The notes: generated by a model not told the origin, from the letters alone. Shown: positions 10,487-21,400, numbered from the stretch's first letter. The stretch is DNA of 64,000 bases from Clostridia bacterium (GCA_046952735.1 JBKUJR010000006.1:12977-76976), one strand, 5' to 3'. Translations and numbers: made by a program.

Positions 10487-11683
10487 TTATAAATGCGCGG
10501 CCTCCGAAAACATTTCTTCCGCCTGTCTTACACAGTCGTCCAGTCTGTATTTCTGTGCAAATTTGCTGTATTCCTGTTCCATTTTCTTTTTCTCATCCTC
10601 GTGTTCGATCCAATAATCGATTTTTTTTGCAAGATCTTCGCTGTCGCCGGCGCGGAACAGGCTTCTCTCGTCGAGTGCGAACTGGGGCGTCGCGGATTTT
10701 TCGCTGTTAGAAATTACGGGGACGAGTCCCGCCGCAAACGCTTCCATACACGACATCGCTTCGATCTCCATATCAGCGGCATGGACGTACAGATCGCTGA
10801 TTGCAATCAGATCGAGCAGCGCTTCTTTTTTATAAAAATCTACGATCATATCGATTTTTTCTCTTTTTGCAAGGGCACGCAGCTTTTCGCCGCGCGGCCC
10901 CTGGCCCGCAAGCATGAGCAGTATCTTATCTTTATATTTCGAACGGCCTACGGCTCTGATGAGCACATCCTGCCGTTTTTCGATCGAAAGCCTGCCGATC
11001 ATCAATATGACGTACCGGTCCGCAATTTCATGCGGCTTTGCTTTTTTGCGGTATGTAAAGGCAGGGTCGATCCCGTTCGATATGACTTTCAGTTTGTTCC
11101 GGTATCCGTTTTTTTGAAGCTCGTTTGCGATGAAGTTGCTGGGACAATGTACGTAATCGCAATATTTATAGATATAATGGCGGAACCAGCGGTAGATTCC
11201 TTTATTGATGAACTGGAGCTTTCGCATGTGGATCGACGCCGTGATGTTTTCCGGCTGCACATGGAAGGCGCCTGTAAAAGGTTTTCCCTTCTCCCGGGCG
11301 ATTCTGATGACATGATGGGATAATACGAACGGCACCAGGATATGTATGATATCGGCCCATTCGACCGCTTCCGCCAGTTTCTCGTCATCCGGCTTTGCAA
11401 ACGTCATTCCCTGTGAACTGACTAATTTATCGAATATGGGAATGTATTGTTTTTGCATAATGTATCCAAAGCTTGCCGCGGCCTCGCCGCCTTCTATATC
11501 ATCCGTATCCCAGAATTCCACGGCTTTTCCTTCCGTATCCGTACTGATGACGCGCACGGTATGTCCGTGCCGCATCAGCGTTTTCGCAAACCGTCTGCCC
11601 GAGATCGTCATCCCGTTGTTCGCCGCGTAAAACTGATCAGATACCAATAATATTTTCATTTCTCGTATCCTATTCTGCTGCAT
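10487..11683 (-). CDS. glycosyltransferase family 4
   Basis: 398 aa with GT-B fold motifs and C-terminal E...E (EAMSCMEAFAAGLVPV), typical of GT4 enzymes. Confidence 0.8.
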   Translation of the reverse strand: MQQNRIREMKILLVSDQFYAANNGMTISGRRFAKTLMRHGHTVRVISTDTEGKAVEFWDTDDIEGGEAAASFGYIMQKQYIPIFDKLVSSQGMTFAKPDDEKLAEAVEWADIIHILVPFVLSHHVIRIAREKGKPFTGAFHVQPENITASIHMRKLQFINKGIYRWFRHYIYKYCDYVHCPSNFIANELQKNGYRNKLKVISNGIDPAFTYRKKAKPHEIADRYVILMIGRLSIEKRQDVLIRAVGRSKYKDKILLMLAGQGPRGEKLRALAKREKIDMIVDFYKKEALLDLIAISDLYVHAADMEIEAMSCMEAFAAGLVPVISNSEKSATPQFALDERSLFRAGDSEDLAKKIDYWIEHEDEKKKMEQEYSKFAQKYRLDDCVRQAEEMFSEAAHL

Positions 11684-11826
11684 GGTTCTTCCTCCACCTG
11701 CCTATGATATCATATACCGCGTGATTTGACACTACTAAAATTTTTGTTTTGCTTCCTTTTCCGAAATTGCTGTTGCATTGAAATTTTATTTATTGTATAA
11801 TACACCCGTTCTGTATATCAGGCCAT

Positions 11827-11911
11827 GCCGGTGTGGCGAAATTGGCAGACGCACGTGACTCAAAATCACGCGGAGCGATCCGTGCCGGTTCGAGTCCGGC
11901 CACCGGCACCA
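11827..11911 (+). tRNA. tRNA-Leu (anticodon CAA)
   Basis: Acceptor stem GCCGGTG/CACCGGC, anticodon loop CT-CAA-AA, long variable arm (type II), T-arm GGTTCGAGTCC, and encoded CCA. Confidence 0.85.
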
Positions 11912-12059
11912 TTGTCGAAAGGGGCTGTAACAAAACAGTCAAAAATGGACCGCGGTCATCTGAAAAGATGATTTGCGGTTCGTTCTTTTTGAAGGGCAGA
12001 CATATGTATTACATTTTTTTGCTTTTTGCGTATATTAGATAGGCCTTGGGCACTTTTGA

Positions 12060-12552
12060 AGGTTTTTCAAAGAAAAAGATCGTATTTTGTTTCACTCCTT
12101 ATGCAGCAATTCGTTCTGCAGCTTTTTTCAAATGGTACTTATGCAAGTTAAAACCACAGGAAATTAGTGCAATTTCAAAAATGACTTCTTCTAATCCCTT
12201 CCGTCGTGCTCTTGTGTACGCTCTGTTCTACTTGATTCCTCCATATACACCCTCTGCCTGAATGCTTCGGTTCATCCGCAGCAAGGCTCCTTGTATGCTA
12301 TTTAGATTGCTTAATACTTCTTTGTGAAAGCCGGTAAGTTCTTTGTTTAGTCGTATTATGCGGTTTCCTGTGCTGCGGCAGCATTGTTCCTTGTGTGGAC
12401 AATCCGTGCAATCCTCGCATTGATAATATTCTTCTGTTCTTCCATAATGATCTCCCTTTATTGCACGGCTTGTTTGTGATTCCGGACACGGGTATAGCGG
12501 TTGCATGCCGTCGATGAAATTGCATCTTTTTCATGAATTGTCGAGCGAACAT
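12060..12552 (-). pseudogene. IS1182-family transposase C-terminal remnant (in-frame stop and frame breaks)
   Basis: Cys-rich motif CEDCTDCPHKEQCC followed by ...RSIQAEGVYGGIK(stop)NRAYTRARRKGLEEV...HNLHK, typical of IS1182 transposase C-termini. Only a fragment is present, immediately 3' of the tRNA-Leu. Confidence 0.55.
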
Positions 12553-12636
12553 ATTGATTTTGTTTCAGAAGCGTGGTATACTTCCATTAGTCAAAATTGC
12601 ATATGTGTACAGATTTAACGAAAGGAATTCCTGACT

Positions 12637-13935
12637 ATGATAGAGCGTCAAAGATATCTCGATAAGCTGATCAATAAAAAAGAGAACGGACTTATTAAGG
12701 TGATTACCGGTATCAGACGGTGCGGTAAATCGTACCTGCTGTTTGAAATCTATCGTCAATATCTGAATAGTATCGGCGTTGATGATGATCACATCATCGC
12801 ACTGGCTCTAGATGACGACGAAAATATCCGATACAGAAATCCCCTTGAATTGGGGCAGTATATTCGCAGTCTCATTACCGATAAGGATAGAATGTACTAT
12901 GTGTTCCTTGATGAGATTCAGAAGGTTGCGACAATTCAGAATCCCTACCTTCCGGGCAGCGATGAAAAGGTTGGTTTTGTAGATGTTCTGCTCGGGCTTA
13001 TGAAGATCAAAAATATTGATCTGTATGTTACCGGCAGTAATTCAAAGATGCTTTCCTCCGATATTTTGACAGAGTTTCGGGGACGCGGAGATGAGATTCG
13101 CGTAAATTCTCTGTCTTACAAAGAATTCTATGACGCTTGCGGCGAGAATAACCGCCATGCATGGCGGGAGTATTTTACCTACGGCGGTATGCCGCTGGTG
13201 CTTCAGCAGAAAACGCCGGAGGATAAAAGCAAATATCTCCATGACTTGTTCGACAAGATTTATCTGGACGACATTATGTCCAGGCATAAGATCGGCTATG
13301 ACAAATATGTGCTTGACGATCTTTTGGATATTGTTGCGTCATCGGTCGGTTCTTTGACAAACCCGATAAAGATTGCAAATACCTTCAGTTCCGTGAAAGG
13401 CACGTCTGTTACCAACGACACCGTCGGTAAGTATCTGGATTTCTTTATCGACGCTTTTATGCTGTATAAAGCAAAGCGTTATGATGTGAAGGGAAGAAAG
13501 TATATCGGCTCGCCGCTGAAATACTATTATTCTGACGTCGGGCTGCGTAATGCAAGGCTGAACTTCCGGCAGCAGGAAGAAAATCATATCATGGAAAATA
13601 TCATATACAATGAGTTGCGTGTTCGCGAATTCGATGTTGACGTGGGTATTGTAGAACTCAGCACCCGCATTGCCGGAGGAAAAACCAAGCGTGTGCAGTA
13701 TGAGGTTGATTTTGTTGCCAATAGAGGCAGCAAGCGGTACTATATCCAATCGACCTTTGCCGTTCCGGATGAAGAGAAACGGGAGCAGGAAATCAGATCT
13801 CTTGTAAAAATACAGGATTCGTTCAAGAAAATCGTTGTCATGCGGGAGGATATTGAACCGTGGCATGATGAGAACGGAATTCTCTATATAGGAATCGAGC
13901 AATTCCTGCTGGATGAAGCAGCGATGGATCTGTAA
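12637..13935 (+). CDS. AAA-family ATPase (AAA_14 + DUF4143 type)
   Basis: Walker A GIRRCGKSYLL, Walker B VFLDEIQ, 432 aa. Confidence 0.8.
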   Translation: MIERQRYLDKLINKKENGLIKVITGIRRCGKSYLLFEIYRQYLNSIGVDDDHIIALALDDDENIRYRNPLELGQYIRSLITDKDRMYYVFLDEIQKVATIQNPYLPGSDEKVGFVDVLLGLMKIKNIDLYVTGSNSKMLSSDILTEFRGRGDEIRVNSLSYKEFYDACGENNRHAWREYFTYGGMPLVLQQKTPEDKSKYLHDLFDKIYLDDIMSRHKIGYDKYVLDDLLDIVASSVGSLTNPIKIANTFSSVKGTSVTNDTVGKYLDFFIDAFMLYKAKRYDVKGRKYIGSPLKYYYSDVGLRNARLNFRQQEENHIMENIIYNELRVREFDVDVGIVELSTRIAGGKTKRVQYEVDFVANRGSKRYYIQSTFAVPDEEKREQEIRSLVKIQDSFKKIVVMREDIEPWHDENGILYIGIEQFLLDEAAMDL

Positions 13936-14102
13936 AAGAAAACGACTAATAGAAAAAGAAGGTATATATGAATTGCGGAATATACAGACATTATAAAGGC
14001 GGTATCTACGAAGTGATAGATACTGCAAAAGCATAGCGAAACATTGGAAGAGCTTGTTGTATATAGAAACATATCAACCGATGTTGGGTCAGACCCGTAT
14101 CT

Positions 14103-14411
14103 ATGTGGAGCGAGACAGTCTTCCATCATGGCAGAAACGTCTTGAGATTTCAATATACTGCTTCTGACATCGATGATATGGACTCGAAACGCTTGTTTCA
14201 GACCATTGAGGATATCGTTGAACTCGGTGAGATGTATGATGCGCTTTCCGACGATAATTGTATTGCCTATTGTCGGAAAGCAACCGACGAAGTCGCTTGT
14301 TTTCTGCATGGAATGGGCTATTATACTGATGGGGAACACGATGAGAGGACTCTGAACCACATAGAAAAGCCCGAATTGGAGAAGCTGAATTTTATAGCTG
14401 AATATGGATGA
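14103..14411 (+). CDS. hypothetical protein (possibly the N-part of a frameshifted UPF0158-like gene)
   Basis: ORF only. The next ORF, in a different frame, carries a GAFRRFKD-like C-terminal motif. Confidence 0.3.
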   Translation: MWSETVFHHGRNVLRFQYTASDIDDMDSKRLFQTIEDIVELGEMYDALSDDNCIAYCRKATDEVACFLHGMGYYTDGEHDERTLNHIEKPELEKLNFIAEYG

Positions 14412-14440
14412 CTATGTTCTGATTACCCAAAGAAAGCTTC

Positions 14441-14659
14441 TTGAGGAATATGAGGTTATGGGAAAGTTATGCTTATGAATTGCCCGGTGGATATCAAGAG
14501 AAGTTATTGGGCGCTCTACAGGGAAAAGGTGTGTTTCGAAGATTCAAAGATACCGTACATAGATTGGGACTTAGTGAATACTGGTATCATTACAGCGATT
14601 ATAAGTATCGCAGGGAAGCTCGTATGTGGTGTGACGCCGTGGGCGTGAATCTTTATTGA
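14441..14659 (+). CDS. hypothetical protein fragment (UPF0158-like C-terminus)
   Basis: The ...KGVFRRFKDTV...W motif resembles UPF0158 family C-termini. Its start is doubtful. Confidence 0.25.
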   Translation: MRNMRLWESYAYELPGGYQEKLLGALQGKGVFRRFKDTVHRLGLSEYWYHYSDYKYRREARMWCDAVGVNLY

Positions 14660-14664
14660 TGAGT

Positions 14665-15290
14665 TTAATGGGACGAAATAGTTATATGTGCTAAGAAAAT
14701 AAATACCGCAGAATTCGATTTTGAATTCTGCGGTATTTCAATCAAAAAACCCCCCGGAATATTTCCTTTAAGAAAATCAGCCTGCGCGATATATGGTGCC
14801 TTCAGGTGGTATCCTTTGTTTTTCAGCATACGAAATTTGAAATCCAGCAATTCAGCCGGAATATACAACTCTTTGGCAACTCCGAAGAAAGACTTTTCGT
14901 TATCATTAAGTAGATCAAGATGTTCGTTATCATCGATCAAAAGCTCGGCAGCAAACAGATTGGCTTCATATTCGGTACGGGACGTCATATCGAACATTTC
15001 AAGCTCCTGAAATCCGCGCATGGCAGCGAGTTCTCCGTGGAGCAAGGCGTGACCGAGTTCGTGGGCACATAAAATTTTTTGCACAATTCTGCGGATCGGA
15101 TATTCAATACGATGTTTTTGATCCTGGATTGATAAAAATAGTAAGCCTTTATCGCTGTGCCTAAATCCTTGTATCGGATACGGACATTCAGATCATCGCA
15201 CAGTTCAAAAGGATTTCTTGTGTCATATTTTCGGATCAGTGCATCGATTTTCTCGGAAATCATATCAGTATATATAGTCAATGTAAACAC
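14665..15290 (-). pseudogene. ImmA/IrrE family metallopeptidase, frameshifted
   Basis: HEXXH motif (AHELGHALLH) in the 3' ORF. The 5' ORF carries the upstream ImmA-like region (...KAYYFYQSRIKNIVLNIRSAE). The frames switch at an A4T6 homopolymer (15071-15080). Confidence 0.65.
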
Positions 15291-15323
15291 CTTTAATGTA
15301 TGTTGATTCGGAAAAGCATATTA

Positions 15324-15785
15324 CTATTTTGATCTTTTTTTTCGCGCCCGTTTTGGTGAGAACTTGGCGCGGGCTTCTTCCTTGGATTCAAGGTAAACTT
15401 CCATTAGAGACTGAAAGAAGAGATTCTTTGCAGAATCATCAAGTTCACCGCCGGCAAAAAGGGCAGAAGCTCGGGATAGAATATCGGTCGCCTCTTTTGC
15501 ACCTTTGTATCCGTATTCATTTTTTGCGTTGGCGATGAAAATATCATGATTGATATCTTTTGTCGTGTCAGTTTCTTCTTCATCTAAGAGATATCCCACG
15601 GATACCTGAAGAGCTTCAGCCAGTTTACGTATATTGCCGCTGCGCGGCAGAACACCAGTTTGTTCATAGGTGTATAAAGAACGCTCGGAAATACCGGTCA
15701 GTTCCGCAACCTCACTTTGAGACAGATTCAGTGCAAGTCTTGCATTTTTCAGTTTTTCACCAAATGTTATAAAAATGTACCTCAC
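15324..15785 (-). CDS. XRE-family HTH transcriptional regulator (ImmR-like)
   Basis: HTH_XRE motif LNLSQSEVAELTGISERSLYTYE. Paired with the ImmA-like gene. Confidence 0.8.
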   Translation of the reverse strand: MRYIFITFGEKLKNARLALNLSQSEVAELTGISERSLYTYEQTGVLPRSGNIRKLAEALQVSVGYLLDEEETDTTKDINHDIFIANAKNEYGYKGAKEATDILSRASALFAGGELDDSAKNLFFQSLMEVYLESKEEARAKFSPKRARKKRSK

Positions 15786-15956
15786 ATTTTCACACGAGAG
15801 TTCCGATTATCTATTAAAAAACTTCCGGTTGTAGTGCATAATAAATACAGAACACAACTTCCGATTAGATCGGACCAAAGAAATTAGCTTCTGTCAAGAG
15901 GAAAAATAGGATTTTCTGTTTTCAGAGAAAGATAATTGAGAAATGGAGGAAACTAG

Positions 15957-16178
15957 ATGGCAAAGGAAACAAATCAGATTTATCTTTCAAGCTGTCCTGT
16001 ATGCGGACGAACATTGTTTAAGGGCACCCCCGACTCATGTATCGAGGGCGGCTGTCAGAAATGTAAGGAATACCTAAAGATAAAATTTCATGATACCGGA
16101 TATCAGGTATGTATTATTAAACCTGACGAAGAGATAACCACAGCAAAATGTGCGGTATCTAAAATAAAAACAAGATAA
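15957..16178 (+). CDS. small zinc-ribbon protein (Mu Com-like)
   Basis: 73 aa with CPVCGR...CQKCKEY, two CxxC pairs. A good RBS (GGAGGAAACTAGATG) is present. Confidence 0.45.
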   Translation: MAKETNQIYLSSCPVCGRTLFKGTPDSCIEGGCQKCKEYLKIKFHDTGYQVCIIKPDEEITTAKCAVSKIKTR

Positions 16179-16298
16179 TATTGTTGCCGAAGAGATAAGT
16201 CAGACTTGTTAAGGGATCAAGAAGGACCTGGCAAACATGATTGCGCAAGAATCGCAGTTTTGTTTGTCGGGTCTTTTTTCTGCAAATTTTATTTTAAA

Positions 16299-16316
16299 CC
16301 GGACAGTAGGTGTCCG
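16299..16316. repeat. Palindromic element CCGGACAGTAGGTGTCCG(G), copy 1, preceded by ATTTTAAA
   Basis: Half-sites CCGGACA/TGTCCGG separated by 5 nt. A near-identical second copy is at 18343-18363. Confidence 0.5.
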
Positions 16317-16596
16317 ATTTAACCTGTAGTATAAGCGTGGAAGAGGGTCATAGAATGCAGGGAACAGCCGAGAAACGAAGTGAAATTATGAAAATCCTGT
16401 GCCGGCGCAGGAGCGAAACTGTTCGAAATTTGTCTTTTGAAATCGATGTTTCCGAACTACCATCCGACGGGATATTGAGATTCTGAGTCTTACAGAGCCG
16501 ATATACACCCAATCCGGAAGATACGGCGGCTGAAGATTGAGTTTCTGCCGGAGCTTGAAAAGAACGGATCAGGCAAGATTAAGAAAGGAGGCAATT

Positions 16597-17208
16597 ATGC
16601 TTGAATTTGAAAAGAAAGTAATGCTTGCAAAAGCAGAATATGAATTTTTAAGAGAACTTTGGCAAAACCATACAGTTACAGCGGTGCAAAATAATCATTA
16701 TTATGATACGGATGATTCTGAACTGTGCAGACAGGGGATTACCTGCCGTATTCGTGAAAAAGACGGACGCTGTACGGCAACGATCAAGGAACATCAAACA
16801 AAGTGGCAGGACTGCAACGTAGAAAATTCACGATCTGTAAGCAATAGATACGATGACGCTCTATTTCGGGATATGGGGATTTACTGTCAGGGCAGTCTTG
16901 AAACGCTTCGCAGTACATATCTCCCTTGCATCGGAGTTTCTCTGATGTTAGATCGAAACAACTATCTCGGCGTAGAGGATTTTGAAATGGAAATTGAATA
17001 TGACCGTGATCATGAGGCTGAGGCTGATGCTGAACGATTGCTTACAGGCATTGTTTTTGATCTTACGGAGCATGGGATTTTACAGAAACCGGCTGCATTC
17101 TGGCTGTGTGCCAGTTACGGGAAGAATAAGGCGGCGCGATTTTTCAGCCGAAAAGAAGAAATCTTGCGTCGAACAGGAGGTGGAAGTCATGAAATCTATA
17201 CTGAATGA
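16597..17208 (+). CDS. CYTH-domain protein (triphosphate tunnel metalloenzyme / class IV adenylate cyclase-like)
   Basis: EFEKKVML (resembling the EIERKFLV start), NHYYDTDDSELCRQGITCRIRE (YfDt...lRiR motif), and acidic DFEMEIEYD. RBS AAGAAAGGAGG. Confidence 0.6.
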   Translation: MLEFEKKVMLAKAEYEFLRELWQNHTVTAVQNNHYYDTDDSELCRQGITCRIREKDGRCTATIKEHQTKWQDCNVENSRSVSNRYDDALFRDMGIYCQGSLETLRSTYLPCIGVSLMLDRNNYLGVEDFEMEIEYDRDHEAEADAERLLTGIVFDLTEHGILQKPAAFWLCASYGKNKAARFFSRKEEILRRTGGGSHEIYTE

Positions 17209-18313
17209 AATCGTTAAGCTTAGAGGCGAACAGATGCCTGTCATTGATTATCATAACAGCAACCGTTATTGTGTAATTGCCGCAGAAAAGGATGGAAGCA
17301 AAACATCATACTGTTTTGGTATTCCGGTTTATAACCGAAAAACGAGAAGAATTATCGATTTGTTATTTCATGAAACCGAAGGCAAGTGGAAAGCAGACGG
17401 CTCAACTGCCGTAATAACTGCCGGAAATGAAATTTATTTAGAAAACCCAGACGGCTTTTCTAAAGTTGCTTTGCCTGAAAGGATTTCAGCAGGAGCAGAA
17501 CGTTGTTTGCGATACGGTATGGCGGAGATTCGACCTACGCTTAACGGCGTCTGTGTTCGGGCGGTCTGTACGGCAGATCAGACGTATGAAATTGACCTAA
17601 TAACCGGTCAACCATTTATGAACGTGCGTGCCAATGACCGATGCTTTTCCCTGATGCAGGAGGAACACAGACCGTTTATGACGGTATCCTGCATCGGCGT
17701 CTTGAACGATTTTGGTCAGATAATCGCACCGTGCATTTTTGAATATCAAAGATATCGCGATAATGCGTACACATTAATTTTTCGACAAAGCAGCCCATAC
17801 GGCAGCACTCTTCTGTTTGAAATCAATTTATATGAGGAAAAACTGTTTCAGGACACTACTGTGGAAAGCCTGCATCCCGATCTGAATAATGCATTCGGAG
17901 GTACGGCGTTTATAGGAAACACTGCTGCATACGGTGAACAATGGCTTTATTCACGTCCTGATTTTGCAAAGCTGCCGGAATTGTACGATAAACAGATACG
18001 AAAGGCAATCTTTCATTTACCGAGATTCGGTGGTAACTGTACTTTCTCCGCCTTTGGGCTTTCTGCTCGTTTTTGCAGCTTCGGTTCCAATTGGGATAAC
18101 AAAATTGAAGCGGCAGAAGAACAGGCAATCGCATATACCGACGGTGCATATCAGAGCTTGGATATTACCAGCCTGATTACCGATAATGCCGGATTTTTGA
18201 AGCATACCGAAGGGCTGATCCTCCGTCCGAAGAAGAAAAACGGTGGGTTTGCCGCAGTATCTACCGGGGACAGTTATTTTGCTCCGCAGATTTTGGAAGT
18301 GAATTTTCGCTGA
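17189..18313 (+). CDS. hypothetical protein (374 aa, beta-rich, no recognisable motif), translationally coupled to the CYTH gene
   Basis: Start ATG 17189 overlaps the CYTH stop (17208) and is preceded by AGGAGGTGGAAG. Long uninterrupted ORF. Confidence 0.6.
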   Translation: MKSILNEIVKLRGEQMPVIDYHNSNRYCVIAAEKDGSKTSYCFGIPVYNRKTRRIIDLLFHETEGKWKADGSTAVITAGNEIYLENPDGFSKVALPERISAGAERCLRYGMAEIRPTLNGVCVRAVCTADQTYEIDLITGQPFMNVRANDRCFSLMQEEHRPFMTVSCIGVLNDFGQIIAPCIFEYQRYRDNAYTLIFRQSSPYGSTLLFEINLYEEKLFQDTTVESLHPDLNNAFGGTAFIGNTAAYGEQWLYSRPDFAKLPELYDKQIRKAIFHLPRFGGNCTFSAFGLSARFCSFGSNWDNKIEAAEEQAIAYTDGAYQSLDITSLITDNAGFLKHTEGLILRPKKKNGGFAAVSTGDSYFAPQILEVNFR

Positions 18314-18342
18314 ATAATAAAAAAATCAAAAAACATTTTTAA

Positions 18343-18363
18343 CCCGGACAGTAGGTGTCCGGG
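18343..18363. repeat. Palindromic element CCCGGACAGTAGGTGTCCGGG, copy 2, preceded by ATTTTTAA
   Basis: Same core as 16299-16316. Located between the 374-aa gene and the RHS gene. Confidence 0.5.
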
Positions 18364-18464
18364 TTGACTTGTAAAATGGTGTTACAGCAGGAAGGAAGAA
18401 GCAGCCGCGTTCCGGAAGACTGTAAAACAAAATATATTTTTTCAAAACGAAAGGAAAATAAACA

Positions 18465-21400
18465 ATGGAAAACAAAAACTATTTTGCGGGTGAAATGACA
18501 AATGCCATTGAGCAGGATATCGTTCTTGCCCCCGATTCTGTGGAGAAGGAATCAGAACCGGAAATCAAGGATTCTGCGATTTCCCTCAACACAGAGGATA
18601 TTGCATCCGAGGATGTAATATCAAAAGAGATGGAAGCCTCGTTTGAGGTGGAAGAGACGCCTGTAAAAGCAGTGCGTGTCAATGAGATTCCCGAGCTTCG
18701 CGGAGAAAACAGCAAGGTGTTCCGCATGAGCGACGGAACCGAGCAGGCTGTATTCTATGTCGAGCCGATTCATGTGTTGAATGATGAAACGCAGTGCTTT
18801 GAAGCGGCAGATACCGAGCTCACAGAAAAGGACAACGCATTTGTCAGCGGAAAGACCCGTTTTACAGCGGAATTTTCTAAGGACGAATCAAATGACGAGT
18901 TGTTCCATATTACAGACGGCTCACACCGTGTTACCGTTCTTGTGGCAAAGATCGGTAGGCAGAAACAGGATACTGTTGCAGCACTTAAAAAGGTGACAGC
19001 TGATGAAACTGCGGCGGCTGTTGATCAGATCGCAGACAAAGTTACCTTTGCAAAGGTTGAAGCAGACGCAGACATTACCTATTCTTTGACCGCAAGCGGC
19101 GTAAAGGAAGATATTGTTGTCAGAGAAAAAGCTGACGTCTACCGTTATTCTTTCCTGCTTCGCATGGAGAATGTTGCGCCTGAATTTGACGAAGAGGAAA
19201 GGCGTATTGCTTTCATGGATCTCGAAAACGGCGAAGAGGTATTTCATATTCCCGCCCCCTTTATGACAGATGCAGACGGCAATCTTTCTTCTTGTGTCTC
19301 GTATGATGTGAAAGAACTTGACAGCGGCGAAATGCTTCTGACCGTAACTGCAGACAGCGAGTGGCTCAATGCAGAAGAGAGAGTATTTCCCGTAGTGATC
19401 GATCCGCAGATTAAGGTAAGCGGTACTAGCGCTATGACTACCTACAGTTGGGTGGGCGGAAGGATGTCTTCAGCTTCTACGCACACGATCGGTACAAACG
19501 GCTCCGGCGACGGGAACTGCAATGCTAACCGTATGTATATGAAGTTGACTATGCCGACGCTTTCGCTCAATCCCCGCATTAAGAAGGCGGAACTGAAATT
19601 CTATCAGTCTTCCGGTTCTACGCAGTGCGGCGGTTGCCCGAAGCTTGGACTGTATCAGGTAACGGACAGTATTGTAACGGGAACATGTACGCCTGTGGCA
19701 AGTTCGGATCTCATCGATTATGATACCATGAAGACAGGGCACTGTGAGGACGGCGAGGTAATCTCGTACACCTTTGATATTACCAAGCTGCTTGACGCAG
19801 TAAATAAAGGAGAAACTTCCTATGCCAATCTTGTACTGAAGATGCTTGATGAAACCTCATCCTGCAATGATAAGATCGTGCTGTACGGTAGTTCGTACGG
19901 TGGGACTTATGCACCTCAGCTTGTGGTGACATACGAATCCAGCTATGGAGTCAATACTTCCTACCGTACGCATACCCATGAACTGGGACGCTTCGGTCAG
20001 GGCAGTATCGATCTTGCCTGCGGCAATCTGATGTTTGAGTCGGAGGATTTTGCATGGGCAAGCAACAAAATGCCTGTGATCTTGAAGCATCTGTACAATA
20101 GTGCGCTTGCTTCTTATCAGTACACGGCGAACAGTACCATCAAGCTGAATACTGCAAATTTCAGCGCCATGAAGCTCGGCTGCGGTTTCAGACTGAATGT
20201 GATGCAGAGTATGGTATCTGCTTCCTTCCAGCATGAAGGTACGGCTTATACCGGATATGTATACATCGGTGAAAACGGCGAGGAGACCTACTTCAAAAAG
20301 AGCAGCAAGACTTGTACTTGCAGCAGCAATACCCAGTGCTACAATCTCTACGAGGATGTAAACGGCGGCGATATGCTGTATGATCCCGAAAAGAGAACGC
20401 TGACAAGCGGTGAGGACATCTATGCATTCGATACTTCCGGCAGACTGCTCAAAGTAACCTCCGGCAAGAACAGCATAGTTATTACCTATACCTCAGGCAG
20501 AATCTCATCTGTGACTGACGGTGCAGGACGCATATTCGGTTTTGCATATAATGCAAGTGGGTTCCTTACCTCTGTTACCGCACCTGACGGTACGAATATT
20601 CTCTATACCTATTCTGGAAATCTTCTCAGCACGGTAACTTATCCTAACGGCAAGAAGGTGACTATCAGTTACTCTTCGAATAAGCCGACTCAGATCGTAC
20701 TTTTAGAAGATGGCACGAATGTTTACAAGGTATCCTATACTTATTCCGGCAACCGCGTTGCGAGCGTGACCGAGTATGGCTATGAAAACGGCACGGCTGT
20801 GAAAGGCGCATCGACTGCATACTCTTACTCTGCAGCCTCCCGCAGAACGATTGCGACAACGACCGAGCAGAAGGAGGACGGCGAGAGCGCAAATAATGTA
20901 ATTAAAACCGTCTATACTTTCGATGATGACGGGAATATTGTCAGCGAATATGTGTATTCGCAGGATATAGGAAATATCGGTGCAGACGGCGAGGAAAGCG
21001 GAATCAATCCTCACTCCGGCGATGGTGGTGCGGGCGTTGTTAGCAACATCAACAACCTGCTTGTAAACCACAGCTTTGAAACGCTTGATAACTGGACAAG
21101 TATGCCCTGTAACTGCGGAAGCTTCTTCATCAGCAATTACAACAACGATTCCTACGCTAAGTTCGGCGGCAAAACCTGTTGGATGAGAAATCACGGACAG
21201 GAGCGTGGTATTAACGGTATCTACCAGGTAACAAATGTGCTGCCTGCCGGCAACTACACCTTTTCTGCGTATGCACGAATTGACGGTGCATTCAGCGGAT
21301 GCGAAGATTCCGGTGTGTTTATTCGCGTGACAGATACTTCGGACAATATTCTTGTGGAAAGTGAACGCCTTGTTTCCTACGATACCGAATATATCCGTCT

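Noticed and set aside
13339-14360. Minus-strand ORFs of 231 and 158 aa.
   Set aside because: Antisense to the well-supported AAA ATPase gene, with no motifs.
16180-16596. Considered a riboswitch in the 400-nt leader of the CYTH operon.
   Set aside because: No recognisable conserved riboswitch core. Only the palindromic element was identified. Left as an open possibility rather than a call.
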